A stretch of 64,000 bases of DNA from an uncultured Acidobacteriota bacterium (GTDB taxonomy: Bacteria; Acidobacteriota; UBA6911). Below are positions 49,523 through 61,020 of the stretch, one piece after another. Position 1 is the stretch's first letter, and every line of letters starts with the position of its first letter. The notes under the pieces are model-generated. The model saw nothing but the letters and a program-made list of their open reading frames with translations, did no database searches and was not told the origin of the DNA. The DNA lies in the NCBI GenBank assembly GCA_963843575.1, contig CAWJKZ010000017.1, positions 260,734 through 324,733 on the forward strand. Direction: 5' to 3'. The translations under genes and the position numbers were made by a program.

Positions 49523-50044
49523 TTGAAAATCAAACTATTCACCGGTCCGGGCACGAGGCGATGGCCCCGTTTCAATATAGCAGACGCTCCGGCGGTAAAG
49601 GGCATCCGTTCCAACGCGGGATTTGAGATACAGGTTGGCAACATCTCTCGGGGAGGCGCCTTGCTGCATACCCGAAAGCGACTCGCGCCGGGCACGAGCG
49701 TTCAACTTAGATTAGTGATCGTTGAAGGCGAGGTTCCGCTCAACGGTTTTGTCCTTCGTTCATCCATTTCTTCCCCGAAAGGCATGCCGCGATATCAGGC
49801 TGCAGTTGCTTTTGACCGCCCGTTGCGGGTTCTGGATAGCCAGCCGGGGCCAACAGCTGACGCGTCGCAGGTTCCCGTGCTCCACTCCCCTTCCTTCGGG
49901 GCTTTTCGCTCTGACAGCGACGACTCATTATACAGGCCAATCCGGTACGGCGATTCAGCAGTGAGTGCAGGCGCTTTTGCAATCAGTGCCTGCAATGCGC
50001 AAGACGCCGCACTGTATGAGATGTGCAAGCTGAATAACTGGTAA
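49523..50044 (+). CDS. PilZ domain protein
   Basis: RRWPR (RxxxR) and NISRGG (D/NxSxxG) c-di-GMP motifs; start uncertain (TTG after GGGGAG). Confidence 0.75.
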   Translation: MKIKLFTGPGTRRWPRFNIADAPAVKGIRSNAGFEIQVGNISRGGALLHTRKRLAPGTSVQLRLVIVEGEVPLNGFVLRSSISSPKGMPRYQAAVAFDRPLRVLDSQPGPTADASQVPVLHSPSFGAFRSDSDDSLYRPIRYGDSAVSAGAFAISACNAQDAALYEMCKLNNW

Positions 50045-50144
50045 GCAGGATTGGATCCCCTGCGCCGCTGCTCCTTCCCATGAGCATTGTGGGCCCCCAC
50101 GCGGGAGCACCTGAAAGTCATCTCACACGATGCGCATAAGCGCA

Positions 50145-50711
50145 TCATGATCCGGCGCTTTGCGGTTTGATTCTCCAGGCTACGACGAACCCTATCAGCG
50201 CCCACGTGATCACGCTGGTGACCGCCCTTCCCGCAACGGACGCGAGCGGCAGCTCATCGGTGAGGCTGCTCATGAGGTCGGCGGAGACAGCCACAAATAG
50301 GCCCAGAGTTGAAACAAAGAGCACCCTGCGCAAATAGGTCGCCAGGACCCTCTTCGACGCCTGCGCAAGCAGCCAGGCTGCAACCATCGGCGCCAGCAGA
50401 AAGGATAGCATCCCGACGGAGGCAAATCCTGGGACGGTGCCATGGGTGTATCCCGTATAAGTAACTGTGAAAATCGGTTCGTTGAGATAATCAGGGAAAA
50501 GCGCGCTCCTTCTTTCCGGCGATAGATAAGGGACCACATACGTGCCTGGTTTGGTAATACGTTGTTTCAGTTGCGCATGAATCGGAACTTGATCAGGCAT
50601 CTCCAGGAGTGCAGGGTGACCGGCGGCCGGCAGTAACAGTCTGAAGGCCCCCATCACGATGAACATCATCACTCCGCCCAGAGCCCCTGAAATCAGCAGG
50701 TTTTTTGTCAT
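50145..50711 (-). CDS. Hypothetical 4-TM membrane protein
   Basis: Four hydrophobic segments; ATG overlaps the upstream stop. Confidence 0.75.
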   Translation of the reverse strand: MTKNLLISGALGGVMMFIVMGAFRLLLPAAGHPALLEMPDQVPIHAQLKQRITKPGTYVVPYLSPERRSALFPDYLNEPIFTVTYTGYTHGTVPGFASVGMLSFLLAPMVAAWLLAQASKRVLATYLRRVLFVSTLGLFVAVSADLMSSLTDELPLASVAGRAVTSVITWALIGFVVAWRIKPQSAGS

Positions 50712-51742
50712 ATAGACCTCGCTACTTGTTCCTTGGAAGGCTCACCCCTGAGACGGGAATCTGCCAGGGCCGCCACGATGACAATAACCAGAAGAAATAC
50801 AAAGAATGTACCCAAGGCGCGTTGGTAGCGAACCGGTTGGCCGAGGGCGAACTGGGGAATCGAATTGATGGCAGTATGCAAGATCATCGGCGGGATGAGA
50901 CTCCCGCCCACGCGCAGCATGACCCAGGTGAATAGGATGGCTAAGGGCAAGGTCCAGATCTGGCGCATTGCCAGCGCACCTATGCCCGAGAGGCCAAAGC
51001 CCTGCGAAAGATCGATCGGCGCATGCCATAGGGCCCACCAGAAGCTGATGATCAGGCTGGCGGTAAAGGGCGAGTGACGTTGCAGCAGCCGAGGGAGCCA
51101 GACGCCTCGCCAGCCGGGCTCTTCGCCAAGCGATCCCCCATAAGCCAGATTCATGGCGAAGGCAGCCGCCACGCCCAGAGGCGTAAGGTCCCGGACCGGC
51201 ACTGCCTGGATACTGGATCCTCCCGTGGCTGTGTCGCTGGTCATCGCCCAGGCAGCCAGGAATAGAAGAGTCGGAGCGATCACGCAACCCGCCGACCACA
51301 AGACGGTAGTCACGCTATCGGCTGGCACATCGGGCCAAGGGACCAGCCGGTTCCTCGGTGTGCTGAACCAGACCAGGATCCAGATCGCCAAAACGATCAT
51401 TCCCCACGTGGAGATGGCATCGACCGTCATGAACGAAGAAAAGCCGCGCGTCGCGATCCACAGGCCCAACGCCACAGCCGGTAGGTATACAAGGGCCAGG
51501 AGCCACCATGTGCGCCTCATCCCGGCAGTATCGACGCAGGCGGCCCCAAGGACCATGCCGGCGAAGGCGGGCGCGAACACTCCGACCTGAGCCAGCAGCC
51601 AGGAAATGTCGGGAGTGCGAATGGGCGTACGTGAGAGTACGCCCGATACCAGCCACAAAGGCCATGAAATGCCAAAGGTCAGCAAGAGAAAGACTGTTGT
51701 GTCATGCCGCACGATCCATGGTTTCATGCCGTGCTTCCTCAC
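50708..51742 (-). CDS. CPBP (CAAX/Abi) intramembrane glutamic endopeptidase
   Basis: GEEPGWRG, WALWH and HTAIN motifs; multiple TMs. Confidence 0.9.
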   Translation of the reverse strand: MRKHGMKPWIVRHDTTVFLLLTFGISWPLWLVSGVLSRTPIRTPDISWLLAQVGVFAPAFAGMVLGAACVDTAGMRRTWWLLALVYLPAVALGLWIATRGFSSFMTVDAISTWGMIVLAIWILVWFSTPRNRLVPWPDVPADSVTTVLWSAGCVIAPTLLFLAAWAMTSDTATGGSSIQAVPVRDLTPLGVAAAFAMNLAYGGSLGEEPGWRGVWLPRLLQRHSPFTASLIISFWWALWHAPIDLSQGFGLSGIGALAMRQIWTLPLAILFTWVMLRVGGSLIPPMILHTAINSIPQFALGQPVRYQRALGTFFVFLLVIVIVAALADSRLRGEPSKEQVARSI

Positions 51743-52139
51743 TGTCGGGCTGCGTGCTTCCTACCTGTACGCCTCCCTCTCACCGCGCCCTGCTCCATGT
51801 ACTCGCGCCGCATTTTCGTGGTTTTCGTGTGCTTGGTGACTCCCCATCTGCAGTAGCTCGGTGTCAACCCGAGATTACTGATGCTTCTCGAAGGGCGTCA
51901 CGATGAGTACGAACACCGCAACCAGGAAAACCAGCGCTGGCATGGGAAACACACACCAGACTGCCCGGTTGAGAGGCGTCCGGGCGGTAGGCTCGCGCCG
52001 AGCCTGGTTCCGATCATGGAGAATCGCTCCACAGGCCTTCGCGTACTGCAATCAGAAAGACGTCGGTTTTTGCTGCGATCATAGTCGGTCGGTTCGGCCC
52101 TGGGTAGCCGAGTCAGCAGCACTTGTGGCGATACCTGGC

Positions 52140-52400
52140 AATCGAAACCCTCAGGGGTCTGGTGCACGGCCTTCTTGCGCTCGGCTGATCTCGACGCCTT
52201 CGCCGGAAGCATCGGTTCCCGCCGTTTGCGATCTTCGACCAGCTCTTCATCCTTGAACAGGATGGGTGCCAGTGCCCAGCGCATGTGCCACTCGACATTG
52301 TAGGCGAGCAGGCACAGGAACATGTGCGCCGGCACCCGATCCGCCGTGCGATGCGAATCGGTCGAACCAACAGGTCGAACACCGCTTCGAGACAGCGGAC
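52140..52400 (-). pseudogene. IS1634-family transposase C-terminal remnant
   Basis: RCL...DLLVRPI / HRTADRVPAHMFLCLLAYNVEWHMRWALAPILFKDEE...PAKASRSAERKK; no start, frameshifted. Confidence 0.75.
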
Positions 52401-52431
52401 AGCCCCTGGGCGGCTGTTTGACACCTGACAA

Positions 52432-54676
52432 CTAATACAACGCCAGCAACTCCTTCACTAAGCGGTCTTTCCAGACATCCATCGCCCGGTCGCTCCTGGC
52501 CCGCTCCCAGAAATCATCCAGCGTGCTGGCACCGCCCTGGCCTCGTCCGGCGGCCACCTCGCCGAACAGCGTGGTGAGGAACCCGCTCAGGTCCACGCCC
52601 TTTTCGGCGGCGCGGGCTTTCAGGGTTTCGAGCAGGCGACGGTCATCCCAGGCCTCGCGCAGACCCGTCATGAACGGAGCGGGCAGCATACCGAACGGGG
52701 TCTGCCACGCGTACATCCAGTTCTCGCCGTCCAGAGTGTCGAAACGGTTGCCCCAGTTGTAGGCCCAGACCAACGAGCCGCGGCTGTCGTGTCCCGCGAA
52801 ATACCAGCCGAACGTGTAGCGCGCTACCCCGGGAAGGCCTTTGTCGCTGGTGCCGGAGTATTGCCAGAGAGTCTTGCCCCCCGCGCGCACCTCGCTCGGA
52901 AGGTTCCAGTTCTCGGCCACGGCGTTGGTGCAGAAGATGTCCACATCCTCCAGGAACTCGATCCCGCCGTAGTAGTGGTGGATCGAACCGTAGATCTGCA
53001 CTTTCGGGTCGCCCTGACGCAGAAGGGCCACCTGCTGCTTGAACTGCGGCTTGATGAAATACAGCATGCCCTTGTCCGAGGTGTACTGGTGCCACTTGGC
53101 CGGCTCATCGAACGGGGTGAGGATCACGTTCGGCCAGCCGGTGGAGTCGGCATGCGAGCGGAAGCGGCGCACCCACTCGACAATGTACGGAGCGACCTCT
53201 TTCGGCACGTTGTAGGGATCGCGGAAAGACAGCTCGCGCCAGCCGCGATCATCCAACCCCAGCATCGTAGCAGCCAGCTTGCGCGGCAGGTGCATGGTCT
53301 GCGGGAAACCGTAGGGGTTGCCGCCTAAGAAATACACCATGTCGGTCATCCCGGCGCGCCGGGCCGAGAGCATGAACTCATCCATCAGACGGAAATCCAG
53401 GTCGAAACTGTCGCCGCTCTTTTTCATCTCGGGACGGTCCGACTGGAACCAGATGTTGACCATGTTGTGGTTGTTCTCTTTCAGCCACTCCATCTCGAAC
53501 TCGGGTATCAGGCCGGTGGTGCAGCCGCCCAGCTTCAGGCCCGCCTCCTCCATCGTCAGCAGCCGACGGCCCAGGATTTCGAGTGCCAGCGGCACGGAGG
53601 CCTCCTCGACCCCATCGTCCTTGTTCGCCCTGATCCGCACGGCGGTCGCATACTTGCCGGCTCGGCTGAATTCCTCGCTCGTGTGCAGGGTGATCAGCAG
53701 CATGTGGCTGCGCCCCGCCGGAACGTCGAACGAGTAGGCGGGCCAGAGACGCTGCGGGAACGGCTCCACGAAATAGCTGCGGACATTCCAGCCCTTGACC
53801 AGCGAATACTCGGCCACGCGCAGCTCGGCCTCGGCCACCACCTTGCCCGCGCTGTCGCGCACGGGGTCCACGCTGACGGTCACGCCCTTGAGGTCCGCGC
53901 CGTTGGCGTAGACCCCAAGCTGAAGCGGCTCGTACTCGTTCAGGAACATGCGGGCGGAAAGCGCAGCCCCGGCCTCGCCCGCACGCGGAGCGCTGATCGG
54001 CAGGACCAGATCCATGTAATTCCGGGCGAACGGCACCAAGCGGCGGCCGGTCCATCTTTCGGGCAGCGCCGGAGCCTGGGCCAGCTCCCAGTAGGTGGGG
54101 TCGATTCCGCCGCGTTTCTGCGCCCGGGCCACCCACTCGCGGCAGGCGGCCTCGTAACGGGCCTGCTCATCCGGCAGGGGAGCGACCAGCCGGGCGGAGC
54201 GGATTTTGAGCGCGCCGCCGGGCGAGGCGAGCCGGAATCGGACGGTTCCGGAGGGCAGGTGCAGGTAAATCATGTCCGCCGGGGCAGGCGCGCGGACAGT
54301 CCGCCACTGCCCGTCGCCAAAGCCGCCGAACCGGTGCACCTCGTCGAACGGACGGTCGGTGCTCAGACCGGAGTAGACCTCGACGGTCGCCATCTCCTTC
54401 ACATTGTCCAAGTACTCCAGCTCCAGGACCACCATCTCATCGCGCGGCGGACGGTTGCCGGTGAACCAGGCCGGGGCCTCGAGCAACCCGCCCTGACGGG
54501 CAGCCAGTACGAGGTCCGCGCCCGCGCCGCTCCAGGCGTCGCCGCCCTGAACCGGATGTCATGACCAGGGGCAGCTTCACCCCGGCGGGGGCTTTAAACG
54601 TAAGCGCCGCGGCGGGTGCGGCCGACAGCGCGACTAGCAGGCAGAGCCGTGTGGCAGCAAACATCGGACATTTCAT
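52432..54676 (-). CDS. Secreted glycoside-hydrolase-like protein (GH123/DUF4091-like TIM barrel); frameshift near 54490-54560
   Basis: Signal peptide ORF at 54676; NEYEPLQL, PFDEP, WQYS, LREAWDDRR motifs. Confidence 0.65.
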
Positions 54677-54715
54677 AAGTGCCCCTTGGGTAGGCTACTG
54701 CATCCTGCAAGATTC

Positions 54716-55777
54716 TTAGAGAGATCGCATTCTGTATTTGTTAAATCCCTTGACAGAAGCGAGGACATTTTCTTCGGGATACGTCGGCCGGTGCCAGCGC
54801 ATCACCGTGCACATGAATCCGCCATCCGGCGAATGAAAGGCTTCATGCAGACTGTCGGTTTCTGCTTCTATCTCGGCGGCCGTTCCGTTCGGCAGAGTAT
54901 GCTGCATATCTACCGAAGCGTTGATGCATATCTTGCCCTTTAGCTTGTCTCGGATGAGCTCTATGCCCGTTGCCTTGTGATCAACGACGGAAAACACATC
55001 GACACCCAGTTTCCCAAGGTCATCCAGAATAGCGCCGGAATTGCCGTCAATCAGAATGCCGGTATACATTCCCTGCTCATGAACAAACTTATAGAAACCA
55101 GTCAGGGTGGGCTTGAAATACTTGCGCCAGTCGTCCGGTTTGATCAGCAGAGCATGGGCGTGGTCGCCGCCGATGTCTTCGAAAACAGTTATCATGTGCG
55201 CGCCGGCCTGTTTGTATTTGACCACTACCTGTTTGTAGTACTCGGCTACCCGGGCATACGCCTCCGACACAAGCAGCGGGTTGCAGGCTATGTGCAGCAG
55301 AAAATCCTGCATGCCAAAAAGAAACTGAGCGGTCAGGAATATGCCGGCGTCAATCTTGGCGTTGATGAAACGATCGGGGTATTTCTCCTTGATGGTGTTC
55401 CCGAGTTTCTGGAAATGAGGGTCCAGATCATCCGGGTCCGGAAATTCATATCCATCGAGCGAATCCTTCCCCGACAGGGGATGCCCCAGAAGCACGTACG
55501 TCGAGTTTTCATCTAGAGGGGTCTTGAGCTTGACGCCGAACTGATCCTCTTTCAGTATTTCTCCTTCGCGTGTCTTGCCGGTCACCGTGTGATACCAGGA
55601 ATAACAGCAGGGCCACAGAATGTCGAAATTCTCCGTTCCAGGAATCAGTGCCACCGTATTCGGATCGAGGGTATGGTAGGCATTGTATATGGCCGGAACA
55701 TCAAGGATCTCCATGGGAATGTAGTCGGGCTTCCGAAACTCAATGGCACGTTTCACGATTTCAATGTGGTCTGACAC
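54716..55777 (-). CDS. Uroporphyrinogen decarboxylase (URO-D/MtaA-like) family protein
   Basis: GTG after CAGGAG; AIEFRKPDYIP, DQFGV, HPL...YEFPDPD, EDIG, VDMQHTLPNGT, PEENV. Confidence 0.85.
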   Translation of the reverse strand: MSDHIEIVKRAIEFRKPDYIPMEILDVPAIYNAYHTLDPNTVALIPGTENFDILWPCCYSWYHTVTGKTREGEILKEDQFGVKLKTPLDENSTYVLLGHPLSGKDSLDGYEFPDPDDLDPHFQKLGNTIKEKYPDRFINAKIDAGIFLTAQFLFGMQDFLLHIACNPLLVSEAYARVAEYYKQVVVKYKQAGAHMITVFEDIGGDHAHALLIKPDDWRKYFKPTLTGFYKFVHEQGMYTGILIDGNSGAILDDLGKLGVDVFSVVDHKATGIELIRDKLKGKICINASVDMQHTLPNGTAAEIEAETDSLHEAFHSPDGGFMCTVMRWHRPTYPEENVLASVKGFNKYRMRSL

Positions 55778-55964
55778 GGCTCTCTCCTGATGTGTGTGCA
55801 GGATCCGATTGTTCTCCCGATAGGGGAGTGATGATGTCCACTTCCCGATGCTCCGCTGACAGTACACGCGGGGATTATATACCGAAAAACGACATGAAAA
55901 ACCCGGAGGAGCTGGGCGTCGGCCGGGCTCCAATCACGTCAATGAGGACTCTGCCGTTTCCCGC

Positions 55965-56244
55965 TCAAAGCGGACGCAGAAGGTCGATCAGTTCCTCTCG
56001 AGTGAAAACCTTGTCCAGGCGCGGATCGTCGGATTGAACTATCGAGTCCATCAAGCGGCGCTTACGTTCGATGATGGCCGAGATTGTTTCCTCAAGCGTA
56101 CCGGCGGCCATCAACTTGAACACCTGCACCGCGCGCTTCTGGCCGATGCGCGAGCACCTCAGCCGCGGGCGGCGGCGTCTCCCCGGCGCCGCAGTCGACC
56201 AGCTTGTTCAGGAATTCGACGTTGCCCCTGGGATAGGTGCGCAT
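55965..56244 (-). pseudogene. SNF2-family helicase remnant (C-terminal about 60 codons)
   Basis: RIGQKRAVQVFKLMAAGTLEETISAIIERKRRLMDSIV...FTREELIDLL-stop (motif VI and brace), joined out of frame to a short N-terminal stub. Confidence 0.7.
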
Positions 56245-56496
56245 TCAGGTCCTTGGCCAGGCAGAGGGGGAAGCGCAAATACCGTTCGCGTGCCAAGACA
56301 CACGAGGCATCTGGAGCAGGCCCCGCAGTGACGCATGCTTAATTCGCAGGTGGCCTAAACGGCGCCGGGAACGCTTTCCCTCGGCGCACACCACGCGTCA
56401 ATCCCTATTCGTCTATGGAACGACCCTATGATGCAGCCGAGTCAACCTCGGCCCTACGACACGGTCGTGGCCCCTCCTGGCGCTGACGACAGGCTA

Positions 56497-56787
56497 TCAA
56501 AGGGATTTCCAGACCTGTTCACACTGTTCAATGGTCAAGAGAACCTTGCTCGTAAATTTGACGTAGGGCGCGAAAGTGTCCGCTATCTTCAGCGCATCCA
56601 ACTCGTTCCCCTCAACGATCACGTAGCCAGCGCTCTCGCCCGCGTAGTGCGCCCACTCCTTGATCTCTCCGCTTTTGAGTTGTCTTTTCACTATCTCCGT
56701 CAGGGCCAGCCACTGGCTTACCTTCTCCTTCGGGTCCAGGGGGCACCGGCTCGTGTCATACTCCCAAAGCAACATGTATCTAGCCAT
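56497..56787 (-). CDS. DUF3303-like small ferredoxin-fold protein
   Basis: ATG after AAGGAG; MARYMLLWE...GEIKEWAHYAGESAGYVIVEG...PYVKF. Confidence 0.65.
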   Translation of the reverse strand: MARYMLLWEYDTSRCPLDPKEKVSQWLALTEIVKRQLKSGEIKEWAHYAGESAGYVIVEGNELDALKIADTFAPYVKFTSKVLLTIEQCEQVWKSL

Positions 56788-57014
56788 CGTTCGTCTCCTT
56801 TCTCGGAAGGATAACAACATCACGAAGGCCGGGTCAAAAAAACAACTTGTGAGAACGCAGTGTAGGAAATGAGGGGGCACACTCGAGGGTGTCTGCCACA
56901 AGATCTTCGATCCACGCAATCCTGCCCGATTAGCCAGTTACGTCCACTTGACAGGCGCATGGTGCGGGAACATCTCATGGAAGCTCCTGGTGATACTGAC
57001 AAAGATCGCAAAAC

Positions 57015-57268
57015 TGGGTATCCCCTTGACTCAGGTAACCGCTATGGGTTGTGGTCTCGGCTTTTGCCGCCCGGTGATGGCGGACTTCGGTTTGCCCGCT
57101 GCGCGCAGCGCTGCGCCTGTCACCATTGGAGGCTCGGTAAAAATCCTACCACCGGCGTGGACCGGGCATCGAGGCTGCCTCAAACGGCCAAGGACCACGA
57201 GAACCGGGGCGGTGGCGGTTGGCCACAACCACAAGATGTTGGGGCTACCTGAGTCAAGGGGATACCCA
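57015..57268. mobile_element. MITE-like element with 23-bp perfect terminal inverted repeats
   Basis: TGGGTATCCCCTTGACTCAGGTA (57015-57037) and its exact reverse complement (57246-57268); ATCGCAAAA lies 1-2 bp outside both ends. Confidence 0.65.
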
Positions 57269-57366
57269 ATATCGCAAAAATCGGAAAAATCCGGGATGTC
57301 CCCGTTGCCCAGCCCGGGACTTCATCCCATCGACTTTGAAAATGAAAAGTCGGGGCGCCGCCCTCT

Positions 57367-60300
57367 CTATGGTTGCCTGACAGGTGCTGGTTTCACTACC
57401 TTGACCGGGTAAGGTGGCCGCTTCGGCTGCGCGGGCGGATTCTTTTTCAGCGCATCCATTGCGACCTGGATTGCTTTTTCCAATTGTGGATCCCTCCCGG
57501 CGATTACGTCGGCCGGAGTCTGTTCCACCTCGATGTCCGGCGGCACTCCTTCGTTCTCGACGACCCAACCTTCCTCCGGCGTCCAGATGGCGAGATTCGG
57601 AGCGGTTACGCCTCCGCCGTCCATCAGGACGGGGAATCCGAGCATGCCGACAAGCCCGCCCCAAGTTCTCTTTCCCACGAGGGTTCCGAGCTTGAATTTA
57701 CGGAACATCCAGGGCAGCAGGTCGCCGCCGGACCCGGCTGTTTCATCGATGATCATGACCTTGGGGCCCTGAATCGACGCGCTCGGCGTCTTCAGATCTG
57801 CCCCATAGCGCATGTTCCAGTAGCTGATGAAGGTCCTGCGCAGGTGGTCGATGTAGTAGTCGGCCAGCAAACCGCCACCGTTGAAACGCTCATCGACGAT
57901 GATCGCATCCTTATACGCCTGCGGGAAAAAGTAACGCTTGAAATATTCGTGACCCGCGGTGCTCGTATTCGGCACGTAGACGTACGCCACGCGGCTGCCG
58001 GTGGCTAGGTCAACCTTCTTGAGGTTTCCCTCGACCCAATCCCGGTTGCGCAATGACGATTCGTCCGCTACCGGAACGACGGACACGGTTCTCGCTGCTG
58101 TTCCTTCGGGATTCGGGCCTACCGTGATGTCGATCAGCTTCCCGCTCGTGTTCTCAAACAGGCTGTAGAGATTCATCGGCGGCCGCAGCTCCTTGCCTTG
58201 CACGGCGAGGAGATAATCGCCCGCCTTCACGTTGACACCCGGCTCGGTCAAGGGAGAGCGCAAACCCGGATTCCAGTTGAGCCCGCCGTACACCTTCTTG
58301 AACCGGTAGCGGCCGTTTTCGATGTGAATAGTCGGCGCCGAGCAGGCCCCCCGGCACACTCTTCGGCTGATACAGAAAATCGCCTCCCCCGACACGGTGA
58401 TGCCCGACGCCGAGTTCGCTGCACATCCACTGGATTACGCGGTTGAGGTCGCTTCGAGACGCCAGATGGGGCAGGAACATCGAATACTTCTGGCGCATCT
58501 CGTTCCAGTCTGCTCCGTGCATGTTGGTTGCATAGAAGTAATCCCGGTTGATGCGCCATGCTTCATTGAAGATCTGCTGCCACTCCGCTCGCGGCTCGAT
58601 GCGGACCTCCACCGCATCGATGTTCAGTTTTCCCTGTCCCGGCTCGACTTTCTCGCCGGCCGACACGATGAATGCAGCATCTCTTGTCGAGTAGAGGATC
58701 TTCTTGCTGTCGCCAGACAGCGCATAACCTGCAACGCCGGTCAGGACGATTTCATCCTTTCGCTTGTTGAGATCGTATCGATGCAGCGACCTCAATCCTC
58801 CGCCCGGATCGGCTTCCGAGGCTCGGGGTGTCGCTTCGAGGTAATAGAACTGACCGGCTGTGCCTGCCTGCAGGTCGAGGTACTCCCCGGCGGGAAGGGG
58901 AACAGAAAGAATACGATATTGGAGGCCGTCAAAGTCGATCGATACGTCGCTCAACTGCGGCTTTGTCTCTTTGGGCTTCTCGTCCTTAGCAACGCCCTTC
59001 TCTTCGTCGCTCTCCTTTGCGAGAGGATTTGGCAGATCCTGGCGGAGAACAGCAACGTAAATCGACTGTGTCGCGCGCATGTCGAGAATCGAAAGGTCGA
59101 ACCATTGCCTCAATGGCCCGGCATTGGTGGACGCGAACATGTAGAGGTATTTGCCGCTCGCATCGAACACCGGCTCGGTCACGTCGCTCAACCCATCGGT
59201 GATCTGGGTCGACTTGTCCTGGTCCAGCGAGTACACGTAGACGGTCTGAATGTAGGTTCTGGAATTCAAAGTATAGGCAATCCAGCGCGAATCGGGCGAC
59301 CATACCTGGCCAAGGTTGTTTGCCGGGCCATACATCGAGTCTGAAGCGATCTTTTTCGACGCGCCCGTCCTGAGGTCGATCCAGTAAAGCGTCAACGAAT
59401 TGTCCGAGTATGCGATTTTCTGACTGTCCGGGGACCAGACGGGCGACCGGTAGAATCCCGAACCGATCATCCTGTATTTCTTGATCTCGCCCTGCCCGTC
59501 CTGATTGCGGACATGAAGTTCGTATTCGCCGGACTCGTCGGAAAAATAAGCGATCGATTTGCCGTCCGGGGACCAGACCGGTGAGCGTTCGTTGACGGCG
59601 GAAGTGTTGGTCAGGTTACGCGGGTCCCCCTTCTCGGCGGGCACCGTGACGATTTCCCCCCTGAATTCGAGGGCGGCCCGGGCACCGGTGGGTGAAAGTG
59701 AGTAGTTGCGGATGTACCGGAACCCCTTTACGAATCTCGGACGAGTTTCCACAAGATCGGCGGCCACCCCGATTGTCAGCTTCCTGCTTTGTCCCTTGCG
59801 CGGGTCCAGAACATGAAGATATCCCGCCTGTTCGTAGATGACCTGCCCCCCGCCCGCCGACGCCGACAGCACCGGGAAGTCCTGGTGATTGGTGACCTGC
59901 CTGACGGCCTTTGTCTTCAGGTCGTAGGAAAAGATGTTGAACTCGTTGTTGCGATCCGACCGGAAACACACCATGTCCCCCATCCACATCGGGTCGACGT
60001 CGTTGCAGCGCCCGGCGGGCTGGGGAATCTTCTCGACCGAATTGTCGCCGAATCTGAAAAGGGAAATCGTCGAATTAGTACCGCCGCGATAGTGTTTCCA
60101 TTGGGTAAAGGCCTGGTAAAGCGGATTGTAGGCCAGGCGGGCCCCGTCGGGCGAATACGCTGCCTGGTTGGCGTGCGGTATGGGGAGCGGCTCCTCCGGG
60201 GAATCCCCCGCCGTCTTCACCGTGAAAAGCTGCGTGTAGCGCGTCGTGAATACGGCACGGGGCGATGTGAACAGGACAGCGGACCCGTCGGGAACAAACC

Positions 60301-60658
60301 CTTGCACGATGTCCGGGCCGGGATGCCACGTGAGCCTTTTCGGAATGCCCCCTTCCACGGGAACCACGTAGACATCGGTGTTTCCCTCATACTGGGAGCT
60401 GAACGCGAGCAGCCTCCCGTCCGGGGAGAAAGCCGGATTGGACTCTGGGCTGTCGGACGTGGTCAAGCGCCGCACGTCCTTACCGTCGATCCCGGCAGCC
60501 CATAGATCGCCGGCATAGATGAAGGCGATGTGGGTCTTGCTGATGGCAGGCTGCGTCAGAAGCCTGGTGTCGGCGATATCGACCCCCTGGCTGAAGACCA
60601 CAGCAACGAGGACAACTACGGAGCAACAGCCTGCTGCAATGGCACATCGGCTTTTCAT
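57367..60658 (-). CDS. Tricorn-like S41 protease (PD40 propellers, PDZ); frameshift near 58330
   Basis: Signal peptide, repeated P.WSPDG, RDYFY, DERFNGGG, AGSGGD, GKRTWGG, ENEGVPPD, DPQLEKAI. Confidence 0.92.
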
Positions 60659-60867
60659 GGAAGGGACCTCCTCGCTTGAAATGAGCCGGACGATAATTCA
60701 AGTCCACATGCCCTTCTGGCAATTTGCGCACCGCAATCCTGATTTTGCCGCCATCATAGTCGGCCGCTTTGGTTCTGGATAGCTGAAACCGAAGCCCATG
60801 TCGGTATTTCGAGCGCTCGGAACGTCCTGGCGACCGGCGTCGACGACCCGGACGCCGGGCTTCGCAT

Positions 60868-60906
60868 GACGCGGATCTACGCGAATGCACGCGGATTGCT
60901 ACCGGG
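60868..60906 (+). repeat. Dispersed palindromic repeat family, half copy
   Basis: 39-bp match with 3 mismatches to the reverse complement of 34811-34849. Confidence 0.7.
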
Positions 60907-60937
60907 TGGCAGGCCCTGTGGCAGAGGACGGGCGCAC

Positions 60938-60968
60938 AAAGAAAACAGGCCGCCCGGAAGAGCGGCCC
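60938..60968 (-). terminator. Intrinsic terminator
   Basis: Minus strand ggccgc-tcttccgg-gcggcc followed by TGTTTTCTTT. Confidence 0.6.
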
Positions 60969-61020
60969 CTGCGGGAACCGAACAACCCCGACTGTAAACG
61001 ACGAACGAACGGAAAACTCG

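Noticed and set aside
57225-57245. NrdR-box-like CACAAGATGTTG
   Set aside because: Lies inside the MITE-like element with no ribonucleotide reductase gene nearby.
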